DNA of 64,000 nt from Mustelus asterias. Its lineage: Eukaryota. Made by a program: the position numbers and the translations under genes. This document shows, piece by piece, positions 36,328-49,525 of the stretch (position 1 is its first letter; every line of letters begins with the position of its first letter). Location: the NCBI RefSeq assembly GCF_964213995.1, contig NW_027590164.1, positions 496,001 through 560,000 on the forward strand, read 5' to 3'. The notes under the pieces are model-generated. The model was not told the origin of the DNA, made no database searches, and saw only the letters and a program-made list of their open reading frames with translations.

Positions 36328-37465
36328 GAGATTCTGTTTAATCCGGTTTAGAATGCGGCCATTAAGTGCATTCAGAGTGTATTGAAATGCACATAAAGAC
36401 GCGAATGTTTCCCATTGGAGCTGCTTGGACACAGTTTTTGTTACTCTCGATGTCAGAAAGTTCAGCTGTTTCTGTATATCGCGACCAGAAAGTTAACCGT
36501 CTCCATCTACGTCCTGCACATGACCAAATAGGAACAATGGTATACTCGGAGAAAGGGCGGCTGTTATGTATCAGAATGTGCAAAGGGATAAGGAACGTTT
36601 ATACAAATCTGTAAGGAAACTTCTTGAAACAAAGATGGTACCATGGAGACTCAATTGATGTGTTGAAATATTGCCCTCTCCTCTCGGCGGTAATTACTTT
36701 CATGAGCAAAAGATTCAATGCCAAAATCATTCCAATTGTATAGACAAGTGAAATATGAATTTTATTTATTACATTGCGATACGTTGGCATCTGGAATAGA
36801 GCGCCTAAAATGCCGAAGGAATAGGATTCAATAGCAATTTTCAAAAGAGGAATATCACAGCGTGGAAAATGCGCGGTGTGAAAGACAATAGACAGCATTT
36901 TGAAACAGGTATGGTAATGCGAATGCGCATTTCGTACCCTAACTTCCGATGACTCTTGGCTGTTCATGCCACTCCCAGACTATTTCTTAATCACTTGAAC
37001 ACTGAGCAAGTGCAGGATGGTGACTGAAGTCTGAAGGTTCAACCGAGGCTAATTCCGCTCCGTCATTTGCGTCGGCAGCTGATAGCAGCGGCACACTTTT
37101 ATCAGTTTTTAGCCTGCAGTGCCTCGGCAGCAGCTTCCGTTTGCTCTGCACGCTCTGAACCGATGCTGCTGTTGGAGTCACGACTGCCTCTGGCCCATTC
37201 CTATCATTAGTCAGGTCAGCAGGGCAGGAATAGGGAACCTGTCTGTCTGCTCTGAAAGAACATTTCTGCTTCCAAGAGCGATGTACAGCAGAATTGATGA
37301 TCTAGCGTACAAGAAAAAAATGCCGTGCCTGTTTTCATCATTAAAACACGAACAGTGTATGAAACGAGGAAGGAACTAAACAGTCAATATAGTTCAAATG
37401 AGCCAAAGATGAGATTTCAGTATTCAGGTGCAGAAAATGAGTAACACGCTGCTGATGATGTTAAA

Positions 37466-38190
37466 TAGGGTTCTGAAGACTGTGGAGGAACAGAGAGATC
37501 TTGGGGTCCATATCCATAGATCTCTAAAGGTTGCCACTCAAGTGGATAGAGCTGTGAAGAAGGCCTATAGTGTGTTAGCTTTTATTAACAGGGGGTTGGA
37601 GTTTAAGAGCCGTGGGGTTATGCTGCAACTGTACAGGACCTTGGTGAGACCACATTTGGAATATTGTGTGCAGTTCTGGTCACCTCACTATAAGAAGGAT
37701 GTGGAAGCGCTGGAAAGAGTGCAGAGGAGATTTACCAGGATGCTGCCTGGTTTGGAGGGTAGGTCATATGAGGAAAGGTTGAGGGAGCTAGGGCTGTTCT
37801 CTCTGGAGCGGAGGAGGCTGAGGGGAGACTTAATAGAGGTGTATAAAATGATGAAGGGGATAGATAGAGTGAACGTTCAAAGACTATTTCCTCGGGTGGA
37901 TGGAGCTATTACAAGGGGGCATAACTATAGGGTTCGTGGTGGGAGATACAGGACGGATATCAGAGGTAGGTTCTTTACGCAGAGAGTGGTTGGGGTGTGG
38001 AATGGACTGCCTGCAGTGATAGTGGAGTCAGACACTTTAGAAACATTTAAGCGGTTATTGGATAGGCACATGGAGCACACCAGGATGATAGGGAGTGGGA
38101 TAGCTTGATCTTGGTTTCAGATAAAGCTCGGCACAACATCGTGGGCCGAAGGGCCTGTTCTGTGCTGTACTGTTCTATGTTCTATGTTCT
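37466..38190 (+). mobile_element. CR1 3' fragment, young (near-identical to 12706-13430)
   Basis: ORF 37428-38108 is nearly identical to ORF 12475-13350; (GTTCTAT)n tail. Confidence 0.92.
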
Positions 38191-38687
38191 AGTCAAATGA
38201 CCCAGATATAATGCACAGCGACGCTGATTTCAGAATAGAAAGAAATATAAATATGTGGAATTGTTGCGGAAGACTGTTTCAACACAAAGATCGATTCCGT
38301 GACTCCTCTTTTGTTTGGTTTAATCTCAAAGACAGAGTATTGGAGGGAATGGGAAAGGTGAAGCAGGGGGGAGAGGGACGATTGTCCTGAGCAGAGACTT
38401 GAGTAACTCTAGGTCTTTCCACCACAGGAGGGAAAGTCCCGAATTCAATCAAATTTGTTACGCAAGACTTACCCTTCACAAATCCATGTTGACTATCCTG
38501 GATTAAGCTGCATCTTTCCAAATGGTCATGAATTCTATCCCTCAGGACCTTTTCCATGAACTTACCGACCACTGAAGTAAGACTAACCGGCCTATAATTA
38601 CCAGGGTCACTCCTATTTCCTTTCTTGAACAGAGGAACAACATTCGCCACTCTCCAGTAATCTGACACTATCTCCGTGGACAGTGAG

Positions 38688-41600
38688 GAACATAAGAACA
38701 TAAGAAATAGGAGCAGGAGTAGACCATCTGGCCCTTCGAGCCTGCCCCGCCATTCAGCAAGATCATGGCTGATCTGAAGCGAATCAGTTCCACTTCCTCG
38801 CCTGCTCCCCATAACCCCTAATTCCCTTATCGATCAGAAAACTATCTACCCGTGATTTAAACATATTCAACGAGGAAGCCTCCACCACTTCAATGGGCAG
38901 AGAATTCCAGAGATTCACTACCCTCTGAGAGAAGAAGTTCCCCCTCAACTCTGTTCTGAACCGGCCCCCCCTTATTTTGAGACTGTGCCCTCTAGTTCTG
39001 GTTTCCCTTCTAAGTGGAAAGAATCTCTCCACCTCTACCCTATCCAGCCCCTTCATTATCTTATATGTCTCTATAAGATCACCCCTCATCCTTCTGAACT
39101 CCAACGAGTACAGGTCCAATCTGTTTAATCTCTCCTCATAAGCCACACCCCTCATCTCCGGTATCAACCTGGTGAACCTTCTCTGCACTCCCTCCAAGGC
39201 CAATATATCCTTTCGCAAATAAGGGGACCAAAACTGCACACAGTACTCCAGTTGCGGCCTCACCAGTGCCTTGTACAGTTGCAGCAAGACCTCCCTGCTT
39301 TTATATTCTATCCCCCTCGCGATAAAGGCCAACATTCCATTCGCCTTCTTGATCACCTGCTGCACCTGCAGACTGAGTTTTTGCGATTCGTGCACAAGGA
39401 CCCCCAGGTCCCTCTGCACAGTCGCACGATGTAATTTTTCTCCATTTAAATAATATTCCAATTTACTATTATTTCTTCCAAAGTGGATAACCTCACATTT
39501 GCTAACGTTATATTCCATCTGCCAGATCCTCGCCCACTCGCTCAGCCTATCCAAATCTCTCTGCAGACTTTCCGCGTCCTCCACACAATTCACTTTCCCA
39601 CTCACCTTCGTGTCATCAGCAAAGTTGAATACCCTACATTCAGTCCCCTCCTCCAGATCATCTATGGAAATGGTAAACAATTGAGGCCCCAGCACCGATC
39701 CCTGCGGTACGCCACTGGTCACCAACTGCCAACCAGAAAAGCACCCATTTATCCCAACTCTCTGCTTCCTGTTAGATAGCCAATCCCCAATCCACGCCAA
39801 CTCCGCGTACCCCAATCTTCTGCAGCAACCTTTTGTGAGGGACCTTATCGAACGCCTTCTGGAAATCTAAAAACACGACATCCACTCGTTCCCCTCTGTC
39901 AACCGCACTAGTGACATCTTCGTAAAAGTCCAGTAGATTCGTCAAACACGACTTTCCCTTCATGAATCCATGCTGCGTCTGCTTGATCGAACCATTCTTA
40001 TTCAGGTGCTCTGTTATTTCCTCTTTAATAATGGACTCTAGCATCTTCCCAACTACGGACGTTAAGCTAACTGGCCTGTAGTTACCCGCCTTTTGTCTAC
40101 TTCCTTTGTTAAACAGCGGTGTAACAGTAGCTGTTTTCCAGTCAGCCGGCACTACCCCAGAGTCCAGCGAATTTTGATAAATTACTACTAACGCATCTGC
40201 TATTACCTCAGCCGTTTCTTTCAGTACCCTGGGATGCATTCCAACCGGGCCCGGGGACTTGTCTACCTTCAGTCCTATTAGTCTACCAAGCACCACCTCC
40301 TTAGTAACAGTAATTGTATTAAGGACCTCCCCTCCCACCAACTCTCGATCTCTAATATTCGGCAAACTATTTGTGTCTTCCACCGTGAAGACCGACACAA
40401 AGAACTTATTTAAAGTCTCAGCCATTTCCTCGTTTTCCACTATTAAATCCCCCCTCTCATCTTCCAAGGGTCCAACATTCACTCGAGCCACTCTATTCCT
40501 TTTTATATACTTGTAAAAACTTTTACTATCATTTTTTATATTTTGAGCTAGTTTAGTTTCATAATCTATCTTTCCTTTCTTAATCGCTTTCTTAGTCGTT
40601 CTTTGTTTTTCTTTAAAGCTTTCCCAATCCACTAATTCTCGACTATTTTTGGCCACTCTGTACGCATCTGATTTTATTTTAATACTCTCCTTTATTTCCT
40701 TCGTTATTCACGTCCGATTATCCTTTTTCTTACAGTCCTTCTTTATCACCGGAATATATTTTTGCTAAGGACTTAAAAAAATCTCCTTAAAAATCCTCCA
40801 CTGTTCCTCAGCTGTCCTACTTACCAGTCTGCTCGCCCAGTCTACATTAGCCAATTCCACCCTCATCCTATCGTACTCCCCTCTGTTCAAGCAGAGGACA
40901 CTGGTTTGGGACCCTACTTTCTCACCATCCATCTGTATCAGAAATTCCACCATATTATGATCACTCATCCCAAGAGGATCCTTCACAAGAAGATCCTTAA
41001 TCCGACCTGTCTCATTGCACAGAACCAGATCCAAGATAGCTCGCTCTCTCGTAGGTTCTGTAACATACTGTTCAATGAAACAATCCCGACAGCATTCCAA
41101 GAACTCTTCCTCAAGCCCTCCACGTCCAATTTGAGTCGACCAATCAATATGTAGGTTAAAATTCCCCATGATTATTGCCGTTCCACTTTTGCACGCATCC
41201 ATTATTTGCTTGTTTATAGCCCTCCCCACCTCTAAGTTATTATTTGGGGGCCTATAGACCACGCCTACCAGTGTCTTTCTCCCCCTACTATTGCTTATCT
41301 CCACCCACAACGATTCCACGTTTTGCTCCTTAGAGCCTATGTCGTCTCTCACTACCGTCCTGATATTATCCTTTATTAACAAAGCTACCCCACCTCCTTT
41401 TTCTACCTGTCTATCCTTCCTAAATGCCTGATAACCCTGTATATTCAGTTCCCAGTTCCGGTCACCCTGCAACCACGTTTCTGTGATGGACACTCGATCA
41501 CATTCATTTGTATGGATTTGTTCCCTCAACTCATTTACGTTGTTTCGAATGCTTCGTGCATTCAGGCAAAGTGTCTTTATGCCAGCCTTTATCTGGACCC

Positions 41601-42700
41601 GGTTTGTTGAAGCGCTACTAACGTCTCCCAAGCCCTCTCCTCCTTTAGCTAGTTGTTTATTCACTATACTCCTGGCATTAGAGTAGACACATCTCAATCC
41701 TATGGTCTGACCTCTCCCCTTCTCTGTTCCCAGTCCACCTGCCCTCTTGCACTGCCTATAACCCTTCTCTGTTTGCGAGCTACCTTCCTCACTCTCATTC
41801 ACGTCACTTTGATCCCCTCCCCCCAACCTATCTAGTTTAAACTCTCCCCAGTAGCCTTAGCCAACCTTCCCGCCAGGATATTGGTCCCCCTGGGATTCAT
41901 GTGCCACCCGTTTTTAGTATACAGGTCACACCTGCCCCTAAAGAGGTCCCAATGGTCCAGGAACCTGAATCCCTGCCCCCTGCACCATTCCCTCAGCCAC
42001 ACATTCATCCTCCACCTCACTCCATTCCTTTCCTCACCTTCCCGTGGCACAGGCAGCAATCCCGAGATTACTACCTTTGCTTTCCTCCTTCTCAGCTGTC
42101 TCCCTAATTCCCTATACTCTTTTTTCATGTTCCCTTCCCCCTTCTTACCCACATCAGCGGTACCAATATGTACCGCTACCTCCGGCTCCTCTCCCTCCCA
42201 CCTCAGGATTTCTGGGACTCCCCCAGGGACATCCTGGATCCCAGCCCCAGGGAGGCAGGCCACCATGCGAGACTCCCGCCTGCCACCGCAAAATCGCCTG
42301 TCCGTCCCCCTGACTGTCGAGTCCCCGATTAATACCGCCTTCCTCCTCCTTTCCTTAGCCCTCTGAGTTACAGGGCCGGACTCCACCCCGGAGACGTGGC
42401 CACTGCTGCTTCCCCCAGATGGGCTGTCCCCCCCAACAGTACTCAGACAGGAGTACTTCTTATGTAGGGGCACTTCCACCGGGGTGCTCTTAATCACCCG
42501 TGTTTTACCCTTCCTGGCTGTCACCCACTTGGCCTCCTCCCGTGGCCCTGGTGTGACCACCTGATGATAGCTCTTGTCTATCACCTCCTCATTCTCCCGC
42601 ACCCGCCTAAGATCCTCGAGCTGCAGTTCCAGCTCCCTAACACGGGCCCTCAGGAACCGCAGCTCGACACACCCCTCACAGATGTGGATGTCCGGGAGGA
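38688..42700 (-). mobile_element. Near full-length CR1-clade LINE: ORF1 (Zn-finger/coiled coil + SGNH esterase) and disrupted ORF2 (APE + RT), nested in an older CR1 (38440-38687 and ~42700-43190)
   Basis: ORF1 41832-42722: CEGC, leucine-zipper-like RVRELELQLEDL, LIGDS, VHIGTAD, GWHMN. APE motifs LNARS, ITETWL, GVVYRPP, ILDLV, SDH. RT motifs FQKAFDKVPH, GVPQGSVLGP, FADD. (TTCTTATG)n tail at 38688. Confidence 0.92.
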
Positions 42701-43901
42701 CCCACAGATCATCTGCAATCACATCCTTTGCTTCCCAAATAATCCGAGGTTATATCCCATCTGGCCCAGGGGACTTACTGAATCTCAGGTTTTTCAAAAT
42801 TGCTAATACATCTTCCCTCAGAACATCCACCTCCTCCAGCCTATCAGCCTGTATCACACTCTCATCCTCAAAAACATGGCCCCTCTCCTTCGTGAAAACT
42901 GAAGAAAAGGATTCATTCATTGCCTCTCCTATCTCTTCTGACTCCCTGCACAAGTTCCCATTACGATCCCTGACCGCCCTAACCTCACCCTGGTCATTCT
43001 TTTCTTCCTCACATAAGAGTAAAAAGCCTTGGGGTTTTCCTTGATCCGACCCGCCAAGGACTTCTCATGCCCCCTCCTAGCTCTCCTAAGCCCTTTTTTT
43101 AGTTCATTTCTTGCTACCTTGTAACCCTCAAGCGACCCAACTGAACCTTGTTTTATCATCCTTACATATGCTTCCTTTTTCCTCTTGTTGGACTTGTTGG
43201 ACTTTAACCTAGTGTTGTGAGACAACTTACTGCGCCCACCCCAGTCCAACGCCGGCATCTTCACATCATCGATAAACATTTTGCCAGCAAATTAAAATTT
43301 TAAAAAGGTATAAGATATGGAAGCAGATAGATGATTAGGAATAAGTGGATAATTGATTAAGTGAGACAGGACATAAGTAATGGGCCGAACCTCCTCTCCG
43401 TGTGCTGTAAAACACTATGATTCTAAGATAATCAATTGTTCTGTTCAGTTAGAAATACAAAAGAGCACAGAACTTATGAAAGAATTTACTCTGTTACACA
43501 CAGGAAGCAAAGAGATTCAGAAGCAGTGACAGTCCAAGTGGTGTATGGTTTGACAAAAGCCAATTGCTCAGTGGCACCGTGAATAACGTCAGATAACGAC
43601 ATCCCATCATAGTCCATTCGGTGACACTGCCCATCAGCCTCACATTCAGCTCTCGCCTCTCCTTCCCCTTCCCATCATTCACAGTCCCGACCTTGGCTGC
43701 AAGTCCCAGTCTCGAAATCAGACCCGGTATGATCCTGTTGTACACCGTCATCATCATGAAGACAAACCCCCGCAAAGACTTGTTTCCAGTTGGAGCTCAG
43801 ATACAGCTGATATTGTGTGACTTTATGAATTTACTCAGACGCATTATTTTAAAAGTCTCTTAATACCGTGTGGTTTGTGAGTGATTTTGTTTTGTTCACA
43901 G

Positions 43902-44222
43902 CCGTTCAGTGTGAGGATCGGAGCTCCCGCCCTGAGCAGGTGGTGCCTTGGGAAGTGAAACGGGTTCAACTGACCTGCCTGCCCCCCTTTGCTACAGGCG
44001 ATACCATGGTCTGGTACAGACAAGCACTGACAGGGGCTCTGACATTTATCGCCTCCATTTACGAGGAGAATATGACCTCAGGGTGTTACACACTATGCTT
44101 TGACCGAGTAAAGAATTCAAATCCAATCTCTATAGATGACACCACGGTCCAGGACTCAGGGATTTATCTCTGTGCGAAGCAGACGCAGTGAGACAAAGGA
44201 TGGGGCCGGTTGTACAATATCT
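43902..44222 (+). pseudogene. TCR V segment (open V exon 43902-44183) with a defective 23-RSS; no clear leader donor
   Basis: Acceptor ttcacag; VQLTC..WYRQ..DSGIYLCAKQ. Heptamer CGCAGTG 44184-44190 (critical CAC lost), 23-nt spacer, nonamer ACAATATCT 44214-44222. Leader-like MILLYTVII at ~43729. Confidence 0.78.
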
Positions 44223-44677
44223 TATTCACTGTCTTGTCTCCACTGGAATTTTAATCTGTCCCCAAACCAATACCTTTCGAAATGCCGGTGACATTAGAAC
44301 TATTATTTTCCCGTGCTTATACTTCGACCTGGATAGAGTCGCAATGTCCGACAATTGTTGCTACAGATGCAATGTGTCGAAACATATCGAGTAAACTCTT
44401 TTGTTTCGTTGTTCCACACACAAAGTAAAGAGAGTGAGGAAAAATACCTGTTTCTCTGATGCCGAGGCAGATCGATATGCGAGAGAAAGATACCTAAACA
44501 AGGGTGTAGAAAGATGGAAAGAGCGATAATATGTAGATCGGCAGAGTCAGATATACAGAAAGGCAGATAGATGGGTCGATAGACGCATAGATTAGTTAAT
44601 TCCATCTATTTATGGAAACACTTCATTTATTTATTTTTGTATGTATTTTTATGTTAGTTTTGTGTTTGGTTTCACAG

Positions 44678-44845
44678 TTGTTCCTGATCACTCGGAGACA
44701 TTTCAGATTTCGATGCATCGGGTTAAACAAGGACAGACCATCTCTCTTCATCACAATGTTACTGTCGCTGCAAATGACTTTGTGTTCTGGTACCGGCAAT
44801 TCACCGATCAAGCTCCCGAGTATACTTTGGTAATGATGCAGGCGC
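44678..44845 (+). pseudogene. Truncated TCR V relic (5' half only)
   Basis: Acceptor tttcacag; VKQGQTISL..FVFWYRQFTDQAPEY. First Cys absent; 3' half and RSS missing. Confidence 0.6.
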
Positions 44846-45106
44846 GTCAGAAAACTGAGATAAATAATTTTTTATCAATACTCAACAACAAATGAAGCAA
44901 AACCAGAATGACAAAGGCAGCAGATGTTGTAGCAATAACATCGAAGTAATAAAACACATGACAAACTGCAACAATAAAAACCCGTAATACGATGCAGCAA
45001 CATAAAATCGCTGTTTCACAGATGACGTCCCAAGACCTCATCTTTCGCTAAAACCTGCAGAACCGTCAGTTTCCCCAATCACAGGCGACAGCTGGAGTTA
45101 CAGGAA

Positions 45107-45402
45107 ACGGCACAGTGGTTAACACTGCTGCCTCACAGCGCCAGGGACAAGGGTTCGATTCCCGGCTTGGGTCACTGTCTGTCTGGAGTTTGCACGTTCT
45201 CCCAGTATCTGCATGGGTTTCCTCCGGGTGCTCCGGTTTCTTCCCACAGTCCGAAGGACGTGCTGGTTAGCTGCATTTGTCATGCTAAATTATCCCTCAG
45301 TGTACCCGAATAGGCGCCGTAGTGTGGCGACTAGGGGATTTTCGCAGTAACTTAATTGCATTGTGAATGTAAACCTTACTTGTGACTAATAAACGTTACT
45401 TT
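45107..45402 (+). mobile_element. V-SINE variant with the alternative tail
   Basis: Same structure as 5703-5990 and 26871-27165. Confidence 0.78.
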
Positions 45403-45907
45403 AAATATCTGGGCGTCTTGACACCACCACAAAACACAACGCATTTAGTGCAAGAGCCGATGTGTGAATTACGGAAGCTCTGGAACAGATACAGGTCTTC
45501 TGGACCAGAAACTCTGGGATCCATCTCCACTTCATGGCTACAGAGGATGTGTTCCTTACCCGGTCACACAAGTTGATGATCTGCTCGTAAATTCTTCCAA
45601 TCAGCCGAATGACAAGTGAAAAGAACAGGAGAGTTTCTTGGCCAGCCTTACTGCAGGAGGTAATGGAAACAACTGCATGACTTTGTCAGGCATAATCATA
45701 GGGCAATCTAATTGAAGTCTCTGGTTATCGAGCGCCACCTCAGGGCATGGTATCTGGTACATGGTACCTGCCATATTACTGAATGAAATATTTTGCTGAG
45801 TCCAAGTTGTCTGCTTTGTTTTCTACAGTGACGGCGAAAGAGTTTGGGTCATCAAACTCGATAAATATTCTCATATTCATTCTCTAAACTGCCCAGTTGC
45901 TTTTTTT

Positions 45908-47625
45908 ATAGAACATAGAACATAGAAAGCCACAGCACAAACAGGCCCTTCGGCCCACAAGTTGCGCCGATCACATCCCCACCTCTAGGCCTATCTATAG
46001 CCCTCAATCCCATTAAATCCCATGTACTCATCCAGAAGTCTCTTAAAAGACCCCAACGAGTTTGCCTCCACCACCACCGACGTCAGCCGATTCCACTCAC
46101 CCACCACCCTCTGAGTGAAAAACTTACCCCTGACATCTCCTCTGTACCTACCCCCCAGCACCTTAAACCTGTGTCCTCTCGCAGCAACCATTTCAGCCCT
46201 TGGAAATAGCCTCTGAGAGTCTACCCTATCCAGACCTCTCAACATCTTGTAAACCTCTATCAGGTCACCTCTCATCCTTCGTCTCTCCAGGGAGAAGAGA
46301 CCAAGCTCCCTCAACCTATCCTCATAAGGCATGCCCCCCAATCCAGGCAACATCCTTGTAAATCTCCTCTGCACCCTTTCAATGGCTTCAACATCTTTCC
46401 TGTAATGAGGTGACCAGAACTGCGCGCAGTACTCCAAGTGGGGTCTAACCAGGGTCCTATAAAGCTGCAGCATTATCTCCCGACTCCTAAACTCAATCCC
46501 TCGATTAATGAAGGCCAGTACGCCGTACGCCTTCTTGACCGCATCCTCCACCTGCGAGGCCGATTTAAGAGTCCTATGGACCCGGACCCCAAGGTCCTTC
46601 TGATCCTCTACACTGCTAAGAATGGTACCCTTCATATTATACTGCTGCTTCATCCCATTGGATCTGCCAAAATGGATCACCACACACTTATCCGGGTTGA
46701 AGTCCATCTGCCACTTCTCCGCCCAGTCTTGCATTCTATCTATGTCTCGCTGCAACTTCTGACATCCCTCCAAACTATCCACAACACCACCTACCTTGGT
46801 GTCGTCAGCAAACTTACCAACCCATCCCTCCACTTCCTCATCCAGGTCATTTATGAAAATGACAAACAGCAAGGGTCCCAGAACAGATCCCTGGGGCACT
46901 CCACTGGTCACTGACCTCCATGCAGAGAAAGACCCCTCCACAGCCACTCTCTGCCTTCTGCAGGCAAGCCAGTTCTGGATCCACAAGGCAACAGCCCCTT
47001 GGATCCCATGCCCTCTCACTTTCTCAAGAAGTCTTGCATGGGGGACCTTATCGAACGCCTTGCTGAAGTCCATATAGACCACATCCACCGCTCTTCCTTC
47101 GTCAATGTGTTTGGTCACATTTTCAAAGAACTCAACCAGGCTCGTAAGGCACGACCTGCCCTTGACAAAGCCGTGCTGACTACTTTTGATCATACTAAAC
47201 TTCTCTAGATGATCATAAATCCTGTCTCTCAGGATCCTCTCCATCAACTTACCAACCACTGAGGTTAGACTCACCGGTCGGTAATTTCCCGGGCTGTCCC
47301 TGTTCCCTTTCTTGAATATAGGGACCACATCTGCAATCCTCCAATCCTCCGGAATCTCTCCTGTCTCCATCGACGATGCAAAGATCATCGCCAAAGGCTC
47401 CGCAATCTCCTCCCTCACCTCCCACAGTAACCTGGGGTACATCCCATCCGGTCCCGGCGACTTACCAACCTTGATGCCATTCAATAGTTCCAACACATCC
47501 TCTTTCTTTATGTCCACATGCTCGATCCTTTCTGTCCACCGCAAACCAGCAGTACAACCACCCAGATCCCTTTCCACCGTGAATACCGAGGTAAAGCATT
47601 CATTAAGCAGCTCCGCCATTTCTAA
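45908..47625 (-). mobile_element. CR1/HER1 LINE, 5'-truncated, with an uninterrupted RT frame
   Basis: ORF 45991-47700 contains KSPGPDG, NYRPVSLTS, DFSKAFDKVPH, GVPQGSVLGP and FADD with no stops; (TTCTATG)n tail. Confidence 0.94.
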
Positions 47626-47722
47626 CGGTGATATATTTTTAGTATTAAAACATTTATTGTAATTAATGGTTTGAGAATTCACCAGGATTTCAGGTTCCAT
47701 TTCAGACTCACTCGGATCACAA

Positions 47723-49133
47723 TGTTTGCCTAATTCTCTGTTATGTTGAGCGAGGCTCTGACAGTTTTTGTACAGGTTCAGCCCAGCTCTGTGTCTCTGT
47801 GGGACTCAGTGCGCAGTGATAAACCCCGGAGTCTGGCAGCTCTGTTTCAGACACTTTCAACGGGACGGTGCGTGTTGTATCATTGAGCTCCGCTGAAAAA
47901 CGGTCCCCTGGGGACCTCCCTGTGCTCCCGGTGAATTTAACTGTTTGCAGCAGATACTCCATGGGCCCGTTGGGATACAGACGGTACCAGAATAGGAAAG
48001 GGTTTGTTGCTTGTAGCTGTATAATTACAGAACCACTGAACATCATCTCCTTCAGTGACGGTGACTGCAGGTTTCTGCGAAACAGAATCTCCTCGACAAT
48101 GCCCTGTTGCAGCACAAATAAATATTAAACTAAACAATGCGACTTCACTCTGTTTCCCCCAGAATCTTCCCGTCATCCTGAACAATAAACTTAAAGAGAA
48201 ATCAGACAGCAGAACAAGAACATATTTTTCACAGTTCAGTGGTTGGAACGGGAAGGTATTTGTGGTGGTTAAATCAAACTTCTACCGTAAACATTCTGTA
48301 CTTTCTAACGAGATCAGTTCCTCCCCTTCAGTCCCTGTAACTGGAACGGGAAATTGCCCACTGTCTGTTTGTAAGTCTGGTTATTTTTAAAATCATTTAC
48401 TGGTACCAGGGGAGTTTGAATCTCAGCCTAACTCATCCAATCTCATTCCCTGTGGAAAATGTGCCGACTCTCAACAAACAGTTTTCAGTATTGAGACCAC
48501 CGAGATCCAAATCACTATTCGAGGTTGGGATCAATCCGATCACCCAACCCCAGTCCCTTGTACTGAGCGAACAGCCCGTCAGAATATAGTGTATGGTAAT
48601 GGTGTACAACACAAGAATTGAGCAACTTGTGAACTGACCGGGAGTAATCTCAGCGCCAAATGTCACATGTCTCAACAGTGACGATCGTTAACCTCAGCGA
48701 GGGAATACAGTTCAGACGGGCCTGTGTAGTGGCCTTAATTCTCTGTACATGTCGATTAGATGCGACTCTTTTTTTGTACGGAACCATTGATGATGAACTT
48801 GCACCGGTTTTTGTATGAGGTCCGTGGGAGCCTTATTCACTGTGGGTTTCAGTGCACAGTAATACACGGCGCTGTCTGTCATCTTCAAACCTTTCATGGA
48901 CAACTAAAAAGTGCTTTGTTTCAGGTTCAGATTCCCGCTGAAATGCTCAAAGCCGTGAGCCGTCTCGTTAGACCCATAACATCGGCTCTGAGCAGATACT
49001 GAGGAGCGCGGTGTGGATACTGGCGATACCAGAACAGGCCATAGCCTGTAGCTGAACTCGATAGAGAGTAATTGCAGGATATTGCTGAATCTTCACCCTC
49101 TGCTGCTTCAACTCCTGGTTCTGACTGGGACAC
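47723..49133 (-). repeat. Inverted duplication, arm 1 (mirror of 58529-59939)
   Basis: Mirror ORFs have a constant coordinate sum of 107662 (e.g. 47741+59921, 48712+58950); only a handful of substitutions. Confidence 0.96.
47763..48223 (-). pseudogene. TCR alpha-type V pseudogene (V exon 47802-48103, 23-RSS 47763-47801)
   Basis: GDSVSQKP..WFCNY [frameshift] FWYRLYP..DSGVYHCALSP. RSS CACAGAG-23-ACAAAAACT. Leader MFLFCCLISL with the donor apparently mutated (ttaagt). Confidence 0.85.
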
Positions 49134-49324
49134 TGAGTCTCCGCTACTCATCTCTGAAGATAAACAGCAGACACACAGTGGATTAGGATTACGAGGAAGA
49201 CAATAATCAGACAGAGATGGGAAAAGGAAATTGCGCAGGGATCGCGATATATTTTAGGAAAGTTCCAGTTTCACTGACCTGCGATCAGGGCAATAATCAG
49301 AGTTAGAAACATTTTCACCCCCAT
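48806..49324 (-). pseudogene. TCR alpha-type V pseudogene (leader 49279-49324, V exon 48845-49153, consensus 23-RSS 48806-48844)
   Basis: Leader MGVKMFLTLIIALIA-G|gtcagt; GDSVSQSEP..ISCNY..LFWYRQYP [frameshift, TAG] DSAVYYCALKP; CACAGTG-23-ACAAAAACC. Confidence 0.88.
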
Positions 49325-49510
49325 GGTTCCAGTCTGAACTCCAGGAACATAAATACGGATTTCTGGCTGTAACCGACCTGGAATGTGAGAATTTGAAAGA
49401 GCAAGGAAAATGCAATACGATTGGCTGAGTTTTATTTCCCCTCCCATTTTTATGTCGGTAAATAGACACTTTCTGAAGATGGAGGCCGTGATGTTTTGTA
49501 GTGATCTCAG

Positions 49511-49525
49511 AACGCCCTCCCGTGG
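49511..49525 (-). promoter_or_regulatory. CTCF-like motif upstream of the V leader
   Basis: CCACGGGAGGGCGTT, ending 187 bp upstream of ATG 49324. Confidence 0.5.

Noticed and set aside
36987-37260. Faint V-like scraps on the minus strand (also ~33200-33350, ~44950-45540, ~50280-50490)
   Set aside because: No convincing WY/YYC pair or RSS. They may be relics but cannot be supported without a frameshift-aware search.
44440-44600. GA-rich low-complexity tracts (also ~50910-51015)
   Set aside because: Decayed microsatellite-like sequence with no regular unit.
43902-44845. Adjacent V pair as a possible NAR-TCR (NARV plus supporting V) or IgH cluster unit
   Set aside because: No D/J segments or 12-RSS seen between or after them, and the second V is truncated.
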